Of a stretch of 57,416 bases of DNA, positions 9,075 to 18,366 are shown one piece after another (position 1 is the first letter of the stretch; each line of letters begins with the position of its first letter). The position numbers were made by a program, and so were the translations under genes. The notes below the pieces were generated by a model. The model ran no database searches. It saw nothing but the letters and a program-made list of their open reading frames with translations, and was not told the DNA's origin. This DNA is from an uncultured Flavobacterium sp. (GTDB lineage Bacteria; Bacteroidota; Bacteroidia; Flavobacteriales; Flavobacteriaceae): assembly GCA_964485385.1 (NCBI GenBank), contig CAZAJH010000001.1:1-57416 (forward strand), given 5' to 3'.

Positions 9075-9947
9075 TTAAGCTGAGATGGTCTCTACGTCTT
9101 TGTCAATTTTATTCACGAGCCCAACCAACACCTTTCCTGGACCCACTTCGGTAAAACTAGTAGCACCGTCTTTGATCATTTGTTGCACCGATTGCGTCCA
9201 TTTAACTGGAGCTGTCAATTGAATGATGAGGTTCTTTTTGATTTCATTCGGATCAGAAACCGCAGTTGCAGTTACATTTTGGTACACCGGACAAATGGGT
9301 TTAGAAAAAGTCGTTGCCTCAATAGCTGCGGCCAATTCTTCGCGAGCCGGCTCCATCATCGGAGAATGAAATGCACCGCCCACAGGCAAAATTAAGGCCC
9401 TTTTGGCTCCTGCTTCTTTCATTTTTTCGCAGGCTAATTCTACGGCTTTGTATTCGCCAGAAATCACTAATTGTCCCGGACAATTGTAATTGGCAGCTAC
9501 TACAACGCCATCGATACTGGCGCAAATATCTTCTACAATTTTGTCGTCTAAATTCAATACTGCCGCCATGGTGGAAGGAGTAATTTCACACGCTTTTTGC
9601 ATGGCCATGGCACGTTGAGAGACCAACTTTAATCCGTCTTCAAAGCTCAAAGCACCGTTGGCAACCAAAGCTGAAAATTCGCCCAAGGAGTGCCCAGCAA
9701 CCATATCAGGTTGGAAATTGTCTAACGTTTTGGCTAAAATTACCGAATGTAAAAAAACGGCGGGTTGCGTTACTTTGGTTTCTTTCAGCTCTTCGGCACT
9801 GCCTTCAAACATAATATCGGTAATTCGAAAACCCAAAATACTGTTGGCTTTTTCAAAAAGTTCTTTGGCCAGAGGCGAGTTTTCGTACAACTCTTTTCCC
9901 ATTCCTGTAAATTGAGCTCCTTGACCCGGAAAAACGTATGCTTTCAT
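9075..9947 (-). CDS. fabD: Malonyl-CoA:ACP transacylase
   Basis: FPGQGAQ, TQPA, GHSLGE, GAFHS, EVGPG motifs. Confidence 0.97.
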   Translation of the reverse strand: MKAYVFPGQGAQFTGMGKELYENSPLAKELFEKANSILGFRITDIMFEGSAEELKETKVTQPAVFLHSVILAKTLDNFQPDMVAGHSLGEFSALVANGALSFEDGLKLVSQRAMAMQKACEITPSTMAAVLNLDDKIVEDICASIDGVVVAANYNCPGQLVISGEYKAVELACEKMKEAGAKRALILPVGGAFHSPMMEPAREELAAAIEATTFSKPICPVYQNVTATAVSDPNEIKKNLIIQLTAPVKWTQSVQQMIKDGATSFTEVGPGKVLVGLVNKIDKDVETISA

Positions 9948-10130
9948 AATGTTAGTTTCAAATTTTTGCCGTTGCGCTCCAAAGTGAAGTTGTGCTTCGG
10001 CTTACGTTACTAATTGTGGTAATTAAAGCAACAAAAATACTAATTTTAAATGTATCTGTATAAAGGAATAATCAACAATAATTGTAACTTTTGGGTAGTA
10101 TGACGACGTATAAGGCATAAAATCTCACTT

Positions 10131-11756
10131 ATGAAAAAAACGTCACTCCTCATTTTTGTTCTTATTGTTGGGTTCTTGTTGTTCTATTTCAATCTTCCGG
10201 TCCTTAGTTTTGGATTTTATGAATTGGGAATAATTTTATTAGTCTTGTTTTTCTTGTACTTTATTTTTTCACTGGGTATCAAAGTGGATCAATCGGGCAA
10301 GAAATTTATCTTGAGTTCTCGACCTAGCAAGGTCTTGTCAATTTGTATGGGATTGCTTGTTTTGTACCTAACAGTCGTGCCTTTTTTTACGTCGGCGTCC
10401 ATTTTTCATGCGTCAAGCTACCAAAAGTTGATAGGGAAAGTTGAAAATGGTGCCAAAATTTCAACTCATATTGCACCCATTTCAGTGGATAAAATTAGAG
10501 TTGTAGACCAAAGTCTGGCTTATCTGTTAGGAGAAAAAGTGATAGGCTCTCAGCCTGCTTTGGGAAGTCAAATAGAATTAGGAAAGTTTTCAATTCAAAA
10601 GGTAAACAACGAATTGTATTGGATTGCTCCTTTGCTGCATTCGGGTTTTTTTAAATGGATCAACAATCAAGAAGGAACTCCGGGTTACGTTATGGTTTCC
10701 GCCACCAATGAACGCGATGTAAAACTGGTTCAAACCATCAATGGCAATCCAGTAAAGATCAAGTATCAGCCCAGCGCCTATTTTCAAAGTAATATTCATA
10801 GACATGTTTATTTTAGTGGATACACTACTTGTGGTTTAGCCGATTTTACTTTTGAGATTGATGAAAAAGGAAATCCGTTTTGGGTCATTTCGACTTACCA
10901 TAAGAAAGTTGGTTTTTCAGGTGAAGATACCGATGGAATTTTAGTTGTAAATGCTCAAACAGGAGCTATTCAACACTATTCGATTGAAAATTCACCGAGC
11001 TGGGTAGATCGAATTCAGCCAGCCGAGTTTATAGAAAAACAATTGAATGACTGGGGTGAATACATCAAAGGATATTGGAATTTTTCGAATCAAGATAAAT
11101 TACAAATTACCGAAGGACTTACTTTGGTTTACGGAAAAAACGATCGTTCGTATTGGTACACTGGATTGACTTCTGTAGGCAGCGACGAAAGCGCAGTTGG
11201 TTTTGTTTTGGTTGATACACGCACCAAAGCCTCTACTTTTTACAAACAAAGTGGTGCTACCGAATTTGCCGCACAAAGTTCAGCTCAAGGGAAGGTTCAA
11301 GAAAAAGGTTATAAAGCTTCGTTGCCCATTCCTTACAACATCAATAACATTCCAACCTATGTTATGACATTAAAAGACGACGGCGGACTGGTGAAGATGT
11401 ACGCTATGGTGGCCATCAGTGACTATACAATTGTAGGAGTTGGTAATTCGATGCGCGAAGCACTCACGTCATTTAAGAGTGCATTTAATTCAACTGGAAG
11501 CAAAATCAATTCAGCTAGTTCGGAATCAAAAAAAGAACTCCATTCGGTTATTACAAGAATTCAAAGTGATATCAAGAACGGCAATAGCTTTTATTATTTT
11601 ATGGTGAAAGATTACCCGAATATATTTGTAGGTTCTTCTCAGGTTTCTGCCGAGTTACCGATTACGGTTGTTGGCGACAGCGTTTCGATTTCATTCGATT
11701 TGGATGAAGAAAAAATAATTGACGTTAATCGATTTGACAATAAAACCTTTAAATAA
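10131..11756 (+). CDS. Membrane-anchored protein of unknown function (3 N-terminal TM helices plus a large soluble domain)
   Basis: Long ORF with a hydrophobic N-terminus and its own terminator; no family recognised with certainty. Confidence 0.75.
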   Translation: MKKTSLLIFVLIVGFLLFYFNLPVLSFGFYELGIILLVLFFLYFIFSLGIKVDQSGKKFILSSRPSKVLSICMGLLVLYLTVVPFFTSASIFHASSYQKLIGKVENGAKISTHIAPISVDKIRVVDQSLAYLLGEKVIGSQPALGSQIELGKFSIQKVNNELYWIAPLLHSGFFKWINNQEGTPGYVMVSATNERDVKLVQTINGNPVKIKYQPSAYFQSNIHRHVYFSGYTTCGLADFTFEIDEKGNPFWVISTYHKKVGFSGEDTDGILVVNAQTGAIQHYSIENSPSWVDRIQPAEFIEKQLNDWGEYIKGYWNFSNQDKLQITEGLTLVYGKNDRSYWYTGLTSVGSDESAVGFVLVDTRTKASTFYKQSGATEFAAQSSAQGKVQEKGYKASLPIPYNINNIPTYVMTLKDDGGLVKMYAMVAISDYTIVGVGNSMREALTSFKSAFNSTGSKINSASSESKKELHSVITRIQSDIKNGNSFYYFMVKDYPNIFVGSSQVSAELPITVVGDSVSISFDLDEEKIIDVNRFDNKTFK

Positions 11757-11786
11757 AAAAAGAGCCCTTTAAACGAGGGCTTTTTT
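11757..11786. terminator. Bidirectional terminator
   Basis: A-run AGCCCT-TTAAACG-AGGGCT T-run between convergent genes. Confidence 0.75.
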
Positions 11787-11787
11787 A

Positions 11788-12312
11788 TTATAGTTCTATC
11801 GATTGAATCAACGAACGCAAGTCAGCGTCTAATTGTTGGTTGCTGATTTTTCCGTCTTTAAAATTGTCCGTAAAACTAGGCAATGAAAAGCTTCCTTTTA
11901 CTACACCTCCTTGGTACGGGAAACGGTTTTTGGCCATTTCAAGCACAGAGCTTCCTCCACGAGCACCTGGTGAAGTAGCCAACAAAAGCATTGATTTTTC
12001 TTGAAAAGTTTTACTGTTGATGCGTGATATCCAATCAAAAGTATTTTTAAAAGCAGCGGTGTACGCTCCGTTGTGCTCTGCAAAAGATATAATGATCCAA
12101 TCGGCTGTACCCAATTTGTTGTAAAAATCGTACGCTAGTGAAGGGATACCGTTGGCTTTTTCTTTATCTACAGAGAATAAGGGCAATTCGTAATCGTTTA
12201 AGTCCAAAATTTCAACCATGGCATCATCAAAGAGTGAAGCGGCATAGGTTGCCAATTGTTTGTTGATAGAAGTAGAGCTGGTTGAGGCTCCAAAAGCAAT
12301 AATTTTTTTCAT
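11788..12312 (-). CDS. NADPH-dependent FMN reductase
   Basis: AFGASTSSTSINK, AEHNGAYTAAFKNTFDWISR, ATSPGARGG. Confidence 0.92.
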   Translation of the reverse strand: MKKIIAFGASTSSTSINKQLATYAASLFDDAMVEILDLNDYELPLFSVDKEKANGIPSLAYDFYNKLGTADWIIISFAEHNGAYTAAFKNTFDWISRINSKTFQEKSMLLLATSPGARGGSSVLEMAKNRFPYQGGVVKGSFSLPSFTDNFKDGKISNQQLDADLRSLIQSIEL

Positions 12313-12317
12313 ACTAT

Positions 12318-12530
12318 TTATTTGTTAAGCCAATTTCCTAATAATTTTCGAAATAAAGGAAGCAATACATAGACCATAAGCGGCACTAAAATTCCGGTCA
12401 TGATTAACGTTCGCAACGGCAAAGGTAAGTTAGTTAGTTGTTTTCCAATCAGTATTTGCACCAAAGTGATGCTCGGATAAATGGCCATCCAAACCATTAG
12501 TGCAAATTTCCATTTAGGCGGTTGTTTCAT
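12318..12530 (-). CDS. Small two-TM membrane protein (resembles the membrane tail of ABM-fusion proteins)
   Basis: PPKWKFALMVWMAIYP...VPLMVYVLLP...WL pattern; start overlaps the upstream stop. Confidence 0.7.
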   Translation of the reverse strand: MKQPPKWKFALMVWMAIYPSITLVQILIGKQLTNLPLPLRTLIMTGILVPLMVYVLLPLFRKLLGNWLNK

Positions 12531-12937
12531 TAGTTGCTCTCCATGTAATTTTTGGTTTTCAATACGGCATTTTTCATTATTTCTTCGTTTTCATAGGCTT
12601 TTTGGGTTACTTTGTCCCACCAATTCATGGCATAGGTCAATTGGGTTTCGTTTTCAGAAATACAAAAGGCTTCATTGGTAACAAAGCCCATATATGTAGG
12701 ATGTTCAAGCAATTCAAAACGAACGTGATAAGGCGTAGCTGTAATTTTTTCAACCACTTTTGAAGGAATATTATTTACCGTAATGGTCATTTGGCGAATG
12801 ACAAACTCTTGATTTTTATCTAAAATAATCACATCACTAACTCCAGGAACAAAGGCTTCTGGATGTTCGATTTTATAAACTAAATGTTCCCAAACTTTTT
12901 CAATTGAGGCCGAAATGGTTGTAGAAAAAGACGCCAT
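12530..12937 (-). CDS. SRPBCC/AtaL-like (DUF1857) protein
   Basis: ISASIEKVWEHLVYKIEHPEAFVPGV N-terminal pattern. Confidence 0.7.
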   Translation of the reverse strand: MASFSTTISASIEKVWEHLVYKIEHPEAFVPGVSDVIILDKNQEFVIRQMTITVNNIPSKVVEKITATPYHVRFELLEHPTYMGFVTNEAFCISENETQLTYAMNWWDKVTQKAYENEEIMKNAVLKTKNYMESN

Positions 12938-13165
12938 TTATTTGGAGTTCATGTAATAGGTTAAAGCGCCAGATGGACATTTTTTTACGGTCTCAATGAT
13001 TTTTTCTGTAGACGAATTCTCTGGATTAATCCAAGGTTTTTCTCTAGGTTTAAAAACATCAGGATTGTTTTTCACGCATTCGGCTGCATGTTGGCACAAG
13101 GCATTTTTCCATACGATGGTTACTTCGCCGTTGGTATACTCTTTGGTTAGGTCTTTTGCATCCAT
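12938..13165 (-). CDS. Divergent 4Fe-4S mono-cluster protein (YjdI-like)
   Basis: KEYTNGEVTIVWK..CQHAAECV...PWI...CPSGAL; start taken at MDAKD (13165) to avoid overlap with the OsmC gene. Confidence 0.88.
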   Translation of the reverse strand: MDAKDLTKEYTNGEVTIVWKNALCQHAAECVKNNPDVFKPREKPWINPENSSTEKIIETVKKCPSGALTYYMNSK

Positions 13166-13167
13166 GA

Positions 13168-13572
13168 TTACTGTGTGTTTATGGTTATTTTGTTTTTTAA
13201 AATTTTTGAAACCGGACATTTTTCAGCAATTAAAAGTAAGCGTTCTTTTTGTTCTTGGCTAACGGTTGTTGAAAAATGAATCGTTCTTGAGATGATGGTT
13301 TCCAATTCGTCTTGTTCGTTTTTTGTCATATTCAGAGCCACATTAATTTCAGGAATATCCCAGCCTTTTCGATCGATGTACATGCGCAAGGTTGACAAAG
13401 TACAACCCGCCAAAGAAGCCAATAGCGTAGAATAGGGGTCGGGACCAAGGTCTTTTCCACCCACCACTTCAGGTTCGTCCATGAGCAGTTGCCCATTGCG
13501 CCAAGTTATGGTGCATTTGTATTTTTGTAAGCCGATGCTTCCTAAAATATCGTTTTCAAGTAAATTTGCCAT
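13168..13572 (-). CDS. OsmC family protein
   Basis: DEPEVVGGKDLGPDP, LAGCT..TLRMY, AEKCPVSK. Confidence 0.92.
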   Translation of the reverse strand: MANLLENDILGSIGLQKYKCTITWRNGQLLMDEPEVVGGKDLGPDPYSTLLASLAGCTLSTLRMYIDRKGWDIPEINVALNMTKNEQDELETIISRTIHFSTTVSQEQKERLLLIAEKCPVSKILKNKITINTQ

Positions 13573-13574
13573 AA

Positions 13575-13856
13575 TTATAAAACATCTCTAAATTCGGGAG
13601 TTTTGTCAAAAACACTCTTCGCAAACGGACAAAGAGGTATAATTTTAATGCCTTTTTCACGGGCAAATTCAACCGATTTGGTTACCATTTTTTTACCAAA
13701 ACCTTTGCCTTCATTCCCAGGTTTTACCTCAGTATGATCGATGATGATTTTGTCTTCGCCAGCAAAAACAAAGGTCATCATAGCTTGGTGTTGGCCATCG
13801 ACATCAATATAAAAAACACCGTTTTTATCATTGACTTTTAATTGTACTTCACTCAT
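13575..13856 (-). CDS. GNAT acetyltransferase (YjdJ-like)
   Basis: IIIDHTEV...GKGFGK...KIIPLCPFA. Confidence 0.92.
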   Translation of the reverse strand: MSEVQLKVNDKNGVFYIDVDGQHQAMMTFVFAGEDKIIIDHTEVKPGNEGKGFGKKMVTKSVEFAREKGIKIIPLCPFAKSVFDKTPEFRDVL

Positions 13857-13873
13857 AATTTATCTTTTTACTT

Positions 13874-13901
13874 AACACTGAACACTGAACACAGATTACT
13901 G
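13874..13901 (+). repeat. Degenerate heptamer tandem repeat (AACACTG)
   Basis: AACACTG AACACTG AACACAG ATTACTG between pirin and GNAT. Confidence 0.6.
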
Positions 13902-13902
13902 A

Positions 13903-14619
13903 TTATTGCTCCATCGGAATTTCCATTACCAAAAATTTGGCATTTGTTGCTGCTTTGATCTGGATTTCATTGGTTTCCCAAATGCCGAGGGCATCTCTTT
14001 TTTCTAGTTTTTGTCCATCTACTTCAATTTGACCCTCCATATTCATGATGTAAAATCCGTTACCTTCTTTTTTTAGACTTAATTTTTTAGAAAAACCAGC
14101 ATCAAAGTCACTCAAATAAAACCAAGCATCTTGGTAAATCCAAACACCTTCATCGTCAGGATTGGGTGATAGAATCTGAGCAAAATCATTTTTTTGTTTG
14201 GTCACATCTAAGGTAATTTGTTGGTAGCGAGGTGTTACATTTCGAAGCTTTGGGAACAACCAAATTTGAAATAGTTTGGTGTGTTGATTGTGATTCGGAT
14301 TGAATTCACTGTGTTGGATTCCGGTTCCAGCACTCATCACTTGTACGTCGCCTGTTTTGATTGTAGCGGCATTTCCCATACTGTCTTTGTGTGCCAAATC
14401 GCCTTCGAGCGGAATGGTGATGATTTCCATATTGTCGTGTGGATGTGTTCCGAAACCCATTCCAGCGGCAACTGTATCGTCGTTCAAAACACGAAGCATT
14501 CCAAATTGTACTCTATCGGGATTGTACCAATTGGCAAAACTAAAACTATGGTATGCGTTCAACCAGCCATGATTAGCATGACCACGAGAGTTGGCTGTGT
14601 GTAAGACTGTATTTTTCAT
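13903..14619 (-). CDS. Pirin family protein (YhhW-like)
   Basis: RGHANHGWL, LRVLNDD, GFGTHPHDNMEI, MSAGTGIQHSE. Confidence 0.95.
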   Translation of the reverse strand: MKNTVLHTANSRGHANHGWLNAYHSFSFANWYNPDRVQFGMLRVLNDDTVAAGMGFGTHPHDNMEIITIPLEGDLAHKDSMGNAATIKTGDVQVMSAGTGIQHSEFNPNHNQHTKLFQIWLFPKLRNVTPRYQQITLDVTKQKNDFAQILSPNPDDEGVWIYQDAWFYLSDFDAGFSKKLSLKKEGNGFYIMNMEGQIEVDGQKLEKRDALGIWETNEIQIKAATNAKFLVMEIPMEQ

Positions 14620-14649
14620 ATCGTTATAAATTTAGTAATTATTATGATA

Positions 14650-14695
14650 CAAATTTACAGCGATAAGCCGAGGCAAGCACTTAATGTAGATTAAG
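14650..14695 (-). promoter_or_regulatory. Pirin operon promoter (-7 TAAATTTG) with upstream inverted repeat CTTAAT-N4-ATTAAG
   Basis: CAAATTTA at 14650-14657; perfect 6-4-6 inverted repeat at 14680-14695. Confidence 0.6.
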
Positions 14696-14702
14696 AAATG
14701 AT

Positions 14703-15908
14703 TTAGCGCAATTCGGAGCGATGGGCGATATCCAAAATCTCGTAAATAACCTTGAGATGGTATTTTACCGTGTTTTCGGATATGTAAAGTTGATGGCCTA
14801 TTTCTTTATTTGTTTTTCCTTGCTTGATCAGGTCGATGATTTCTATTTGCCTTTCGGTGAGGTTGTAGTTAGACAGTTCAATTTTGTTTTCTCCTTTTTC
14901 GTTGGTTTCAGCTGTGAGTTGAGCAATTTGCTGGTGGATGCGTTGGTTTTCTTCTTCAACCCATTTTCTGCGCTCTTTGTTTTTTTTGTAAAGCATAAAC
15001 AAGGAGATCGACACAATCATCAATAAAACAATCAAACCCATTAACGAAAGAGTCAGCTGGCGTTTACTTTTGTTTTCCTGATGGTGTTTTTGGTCTAGTA
15101 ATTTTTTTTCAAGAATGGTGATTTTTCCGTTGTAAATGATAGCATTGTAGGCGTTGTTCAAGGAATCAAACTTTCTTTGATAAAACTTTAGACTTTCGTT
15201 GTCGTTATTTTCAATGCAGATGTACTTCATTACTTCATACATGTACATTTCATACTTTAAAATTTTATACTTTTTAGCATAATACAAACCCAATTGAAAC
15301 GATTCGTTCTGCTTTTGACGCCATTTTAATTTGTTGTATAAAACGGTTTTTTTAGCCAAAACAAGGGGAAGTTCGCGCGGGCAATTCTTTTCAGCGGTAT
15401 TTTGTGCTTCTTCAAGTTTCTTTTCAGATGCTGCCATTTGATGTTTTCCCATTAGCGAAGTAGCTTCCATAATTAACACATATATTTTTTGCTCAACACT
15501 CAGGTCTTTGTAGTTGTTTTTTGCCACCTCTTGAATCAGTCGTTCGCCCATTGCCACATTTTGAGTGTCGTAATAAGCAAATGCTCTTTCGGCCAGAAGA
15601 ATATTTTTGACTTTTTCCCTTTTGTCCGATTTTAAACCCTCTTTCTCGGCTTCATTAATATTTTCAAAAACTTCTTCATAGTTAAAGAGTCTTTTGTAGG
15701 TGTTGGCTTTTAAAAGGTAAAGCTCAAATCGATGGTAAGGAGTAATGGTGTCGATTTCTAGTTTTTTGTTTAAAAGGGCAATCGATTTTTCATACTGAAA
15801 ATGATCGTTGTAATGCGTAATCAGGTTTTCCAGTTTTTGATTAGGTCTATTTTGTCCGAAATGATAGTGAAAGTATAAGAGTGTAAGAATTAGAATGATT
15901 TTTTTCAT
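14703..15908 (-). CDS. Membrane-spanning TPR-like sensor / LuxR-type HTH transcriptional regulator
   Basis: Signal peptide, helical repeat region, single TM (LSLMGLIVLLMIVSISLFML), C-terminal LTERQIEII..GKTNKEIG..LYISENTVKYHLK LuxR HTH. Confidence 0.88.
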   Translation of the reverse strand: MKKIILILTLLYFHYHFGQNRPNQKLENLITHYNDHFQYEKSIALLNKKLEIDTITPYHRFELYLLKANTYKRLFNYEEVFENINEAEKEGLKSDKREKVKNILLAERAFAYYDTQNVAMGERLIQEVAKNNYKDLSVEQKIYVLIMEATSLMGKHQMAASEKKLEEAQNTAEKNCPRELPLVLAKKTVLYNKLKWRQKQNESFQLGLYYAKKYKILKYEMYMYEVMKYICIENNDNESLKFYQRKFDSLNNAYNAIIYNGKITILEKKLLDQKHHQENKSKRQLTLSLMGLIVLLMIVSISLFMLYKKNKERRKWVEEENQRIHQQIAQLTAETNEKGENKIELSNYNLTERQIEIIDLIKQGKTNKEIGHQLYISENTVKYHLKVIYEILDIAHRSELR

Positions 15909-15988
15909 TAACAGAAAAATTATGCGTTATCGATTGTTTTTTGTTGAAAATGAGCGTGCAAAAATACTACAATCATTTAAATCCGCCC

Positions 15989-16031
15989 ACTACCCATTGG
16001 GTAGTTGTCGTATTCCACCCGTTAACTACCC
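15989..16031. promoter_or_regulatory. Candidate LuxR/NarL-type operator
   Basis: Perfect palindrome ACTACCCA-T-TGGGTAGT (15989-16005) plus half-site ACTACCC (16025-16031). Confidence 0.55.
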
Positions 16032-16084
16032 TAAAAAAATTAGTGTTTTTCAACTTTCAAGCTGAAATTTGACGAAAAAAAAAG

Positions 16085-16282
16085 ATGATTCGATTTGTAA
16101 GAAGTTTTATGGATTCGCTGTCAGTTAAGGAAGATCAAGCCATTCTAATCTGTTTGCAAAATGATATTCCTCTTTTACAAAGTAATATCAAACAGATAGA
16201 AGCAGTTATCAACGACCGAAAGAGTATGAAAAAAGTAATCAATCAAATCAAAAGCCAAAACAGTAGCAGGGCAAAATGCTGA
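16085..16282 (+). CDS. Hypothetical 65-aa protein divergent from the LuxR regulator
   Basis: ATG after an A-rich leader; fills the intergenic gap; no family recognised. Confidence 0.45.
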   Translation: MIRFVRSFMDSLSVKEDQAILICLQNDIPLLQSNIKQIEAVINDRKSMKKVINQIKSQNSSRAKC

Positions 16283-16289
16283 ATCAAAT

Positions 16290-16865
16290 TTACTTTCTAG
16301 CCCAATTTGATTTCATCTTACTAAAAAACTCGGGCGTAACACCAATATAGGAAGCAATGTGTTTTTGCGGTACGCGTTGCATCAATGTGGGGTATTTTTT
16401 ACACATTTTATCAAAGCGTTCCTCTGCGGTCAAACTCAAATTATCCATAAGACGTTCTTGGTGTGCCACTAACGAATTTTCAGCTAGTATTCTAAAAAAG
16501 CGCTCTAGTTTTGGAATTTGTTGGTATAAATCCTCGTGATTTTCTTTGGAAATGGCAATCACTTCTGCTTCTTCCAAGACTTCAATAAAGAGATGGCCTG
16601 GTTTTTCCGAAATGTAACTATACATATCGCCAATCCACCAGCCCTCGCAGGCAAAATGCAAGACGTGTTCGATGATGTGATCGTTGATGGTAAAACTTCT
16701 TAATACACCTGAATTGACAAAATAGGTTTGTTTGGCTATTTCGCCAGCGCTCAACAAAATGGTTTTAGTTTTGAATGAATGTGTGGTTGTTTTCGACAAA
16801 AATAAGGCTTGTTCGGTTGAAGTTAAATGAACGTGTTTAGCGATATTTTGAAGTATAAGCGACAT
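16290..16865 (-). CDS. Crp/Fnr family transcriptional regulator
   Basis: cNMP-domain pattern (LLSAGE..YFVNSGVLRSF), C-terminal VPQKHIASYIGVTPEFFSK HTH; start taken at MSLILQ. Confidence 0.92.
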   Translation of the reverse strand: MSLILQNIAKHVHLTSTEQALFLSKTTTHSFKTKTILLSAGEIAKQTYFVNSGVLRSFTINDHIIEHVLHFACEGWWIGDMYSYISEKPGHLFIEVLEEAEVIAISKENHEDLYQQIPKLERFFRILAENSLVAHQERLMDNLSLTAEERFDKMCKKYPTLMQRVPQKHIASYIGVTPEFFSKMKSNWARK

Positions 16866-16866
16866 G

Positions 16867-17193
16867 TTATTTTTTATTCTCTGCAGGAAGTAATTTGAAA
16901 TAAGAAACCACAAATTTGTTGTTCACAACTTCGCCAACAACTTCGGCTTTTCTTACAGCAGAACAAAATCCGTCGTGCGCGTGAGCGTCGCCATGGTCAT
17001 CTATTTTGGTACCTTCTACAAAATAGCTTTTCCCATCAATTCGAACAGCCAAATCACACCCTTTTTTTTCTGTCATTCCAAATTGACACTGACCACATGA
17101 TACTTCAACAATTTGCGTTTTTTGTTGCGCTTTATTTTGAGCAAAAAATGGAACACTCGCAGTTAGAAAAGCAACCAATAGGATTTTTTTCAT
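16867..17193 (-). CDS. DUF6370-like exported protein
   Basis: Signal peptide; SCGQCQFG...GCDLAVRIDG...DDHGDAHAHDGFC; start taken at MKKILL. Confidence 0.75.
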   Translation of the reverse strand: MKKILLVAFLTASVPFFAQNKAQQKTQIVEVSCGQCQFGMTEKKGCDLAVRIDGKSYFVEGTKIDDHGDAHAHDGFCSAVRKAEVVGEVVNNKFVVSYFKLLPAENKK

Positions 17194-17195
17194 AT

Positions 17196-18359
17196 TTATG
17201 GTTTTACAGTTATTTGGCATGCTGTTTTTTTGGCTCGATCTACAATTTCCTCTATTGGAGTAGCCAATGAATCGTACGTTAATACAACTCCCATTCTACG
17301 GTACGGGCGAGACGAAGGTTTTCCAAAAATTCGGAAATCTGTTTTGGGTTCACCTGCCACTTTTTCAATTCCGACATAGGTGGGATTATTTGAGTTTTCA
17401 GCGGCTAAAATAACGGCACTCGCACCAGCTTTTTCAAGCGTAATTTCAGCTATAGGCAAGCTTAATATGGCACGTAGATGCAACTCAAATTCGTTAAAAT
17501 TTTGAGTTCCAGCCAAGGTTACCATTCCTGTATCGTGCGGACGCGGCGATAACTCAGAAAAATAAACACCATGGTCGGTTAAAAAAAATTCAACACCAAA
17601 AAGACCTGCTCCACCTAGTGCTTCAGTCACTTTTCTGGCCATTTCTTGGGCTTCGGCTATGTCTTTTTGTGTTACTCTTGCGGGTTGCCAACTTTCTTGG
17701 TAATCGCCTCGCTCTTGTCGGTGGCCTATTGGGGCACAAAATAAAGTTGGGAGATGGTTTTGGGTAACGGTTAGTAATGTAATTTCAGAATGGAAGTCGA
17801 CAAAAGCTTCAACAATTACTTCAACAACATCGCCACGCGAACCTTCTACAGCGTAATCCCATGCTTTAGCGATATCTTCCGCTGATTTTATAGTTGATTG
17901 CCCTTTTCCGGACGAACTCATAAGCGGCTTTACCACACACGGAATTCCCACTTCTGCAACTGCTTTTTGCAATGCTGATGCCGAGGTGGCATAGCGGTAG
18001 TTTGCCGTTTTTAATCCGAGTTCTTTAGCAGCCAAATCGCGTATTGCCTTCCGATTCATGGTAAAGTTAGCTGCTTTTGCCGATGGAACAACGGTAATGC
18101 CTTTTTTTTCGTAATCGTAAAAGCGCTCCGTGCGAATGGCTTCTATTTCGGGGACAATAAAATCAGGTTGGTGTTTGGCAACGATGCGATCGAGTTCACT
18201 TCCATCGAGCATATTGATTACTTCAAAAGTGTCTGCAACTTGCATCGCAGGGGCATTTTCATAACTGTCAACCGCAATAATGGTTTGGCCAATTCGTTGG
18301 GCTGCAATCACAAATTCTTTTCCGAGTTCACCCGAACCTAACAAGAGTATTTTGGACAT
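17196..18359 (-). CDS. purT: Formate-dependent phosphoribosylglycinamide formyltransferase
   Basis: [50 protein letters not shown]. Confidence 0.97.
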   Translation of the reverse strand: MSKILLLGSGELGKEFVIAAQRIGQTIIAVDSYENAPAMQVADTFEVINMLDGSELDRIVAKHQPDFIVPEIEAIRTERFYDYEKKGITVVPSAKAANFTMNRKAIRDLAAKELGLKTANYRYATSASALQKAVAEVGIPCVVKPLMSSSGKGQSTIKSAEDIAKAWDYAVEGSRGDVVEVIVEAFVDFHSEITLLTVTQNHLPTLFCAPIGHRQERGDYQESWQPARVTQKDIAEAQEMARKVTEALGGAGLFGVEFFLTDHGVYFSELSPRPHDTGMVTLAGTQNFNEFELHLRAILSLPIAEITLEKAGASAVILAAENSNNPTYVGIEKVAGEPKTDFRIFGKPSSRPYRRMGVVLTYDSLATPIEEIVDRAKKTACQITVKP

Positions 18360-18366
18360 GCGTGGT

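Noticed and set aside
9961..10012. GC-richer patch upstream of fabD as a possible repeat remnant or riboswitch
   Set aside because: No stable stem or second copy found in the window
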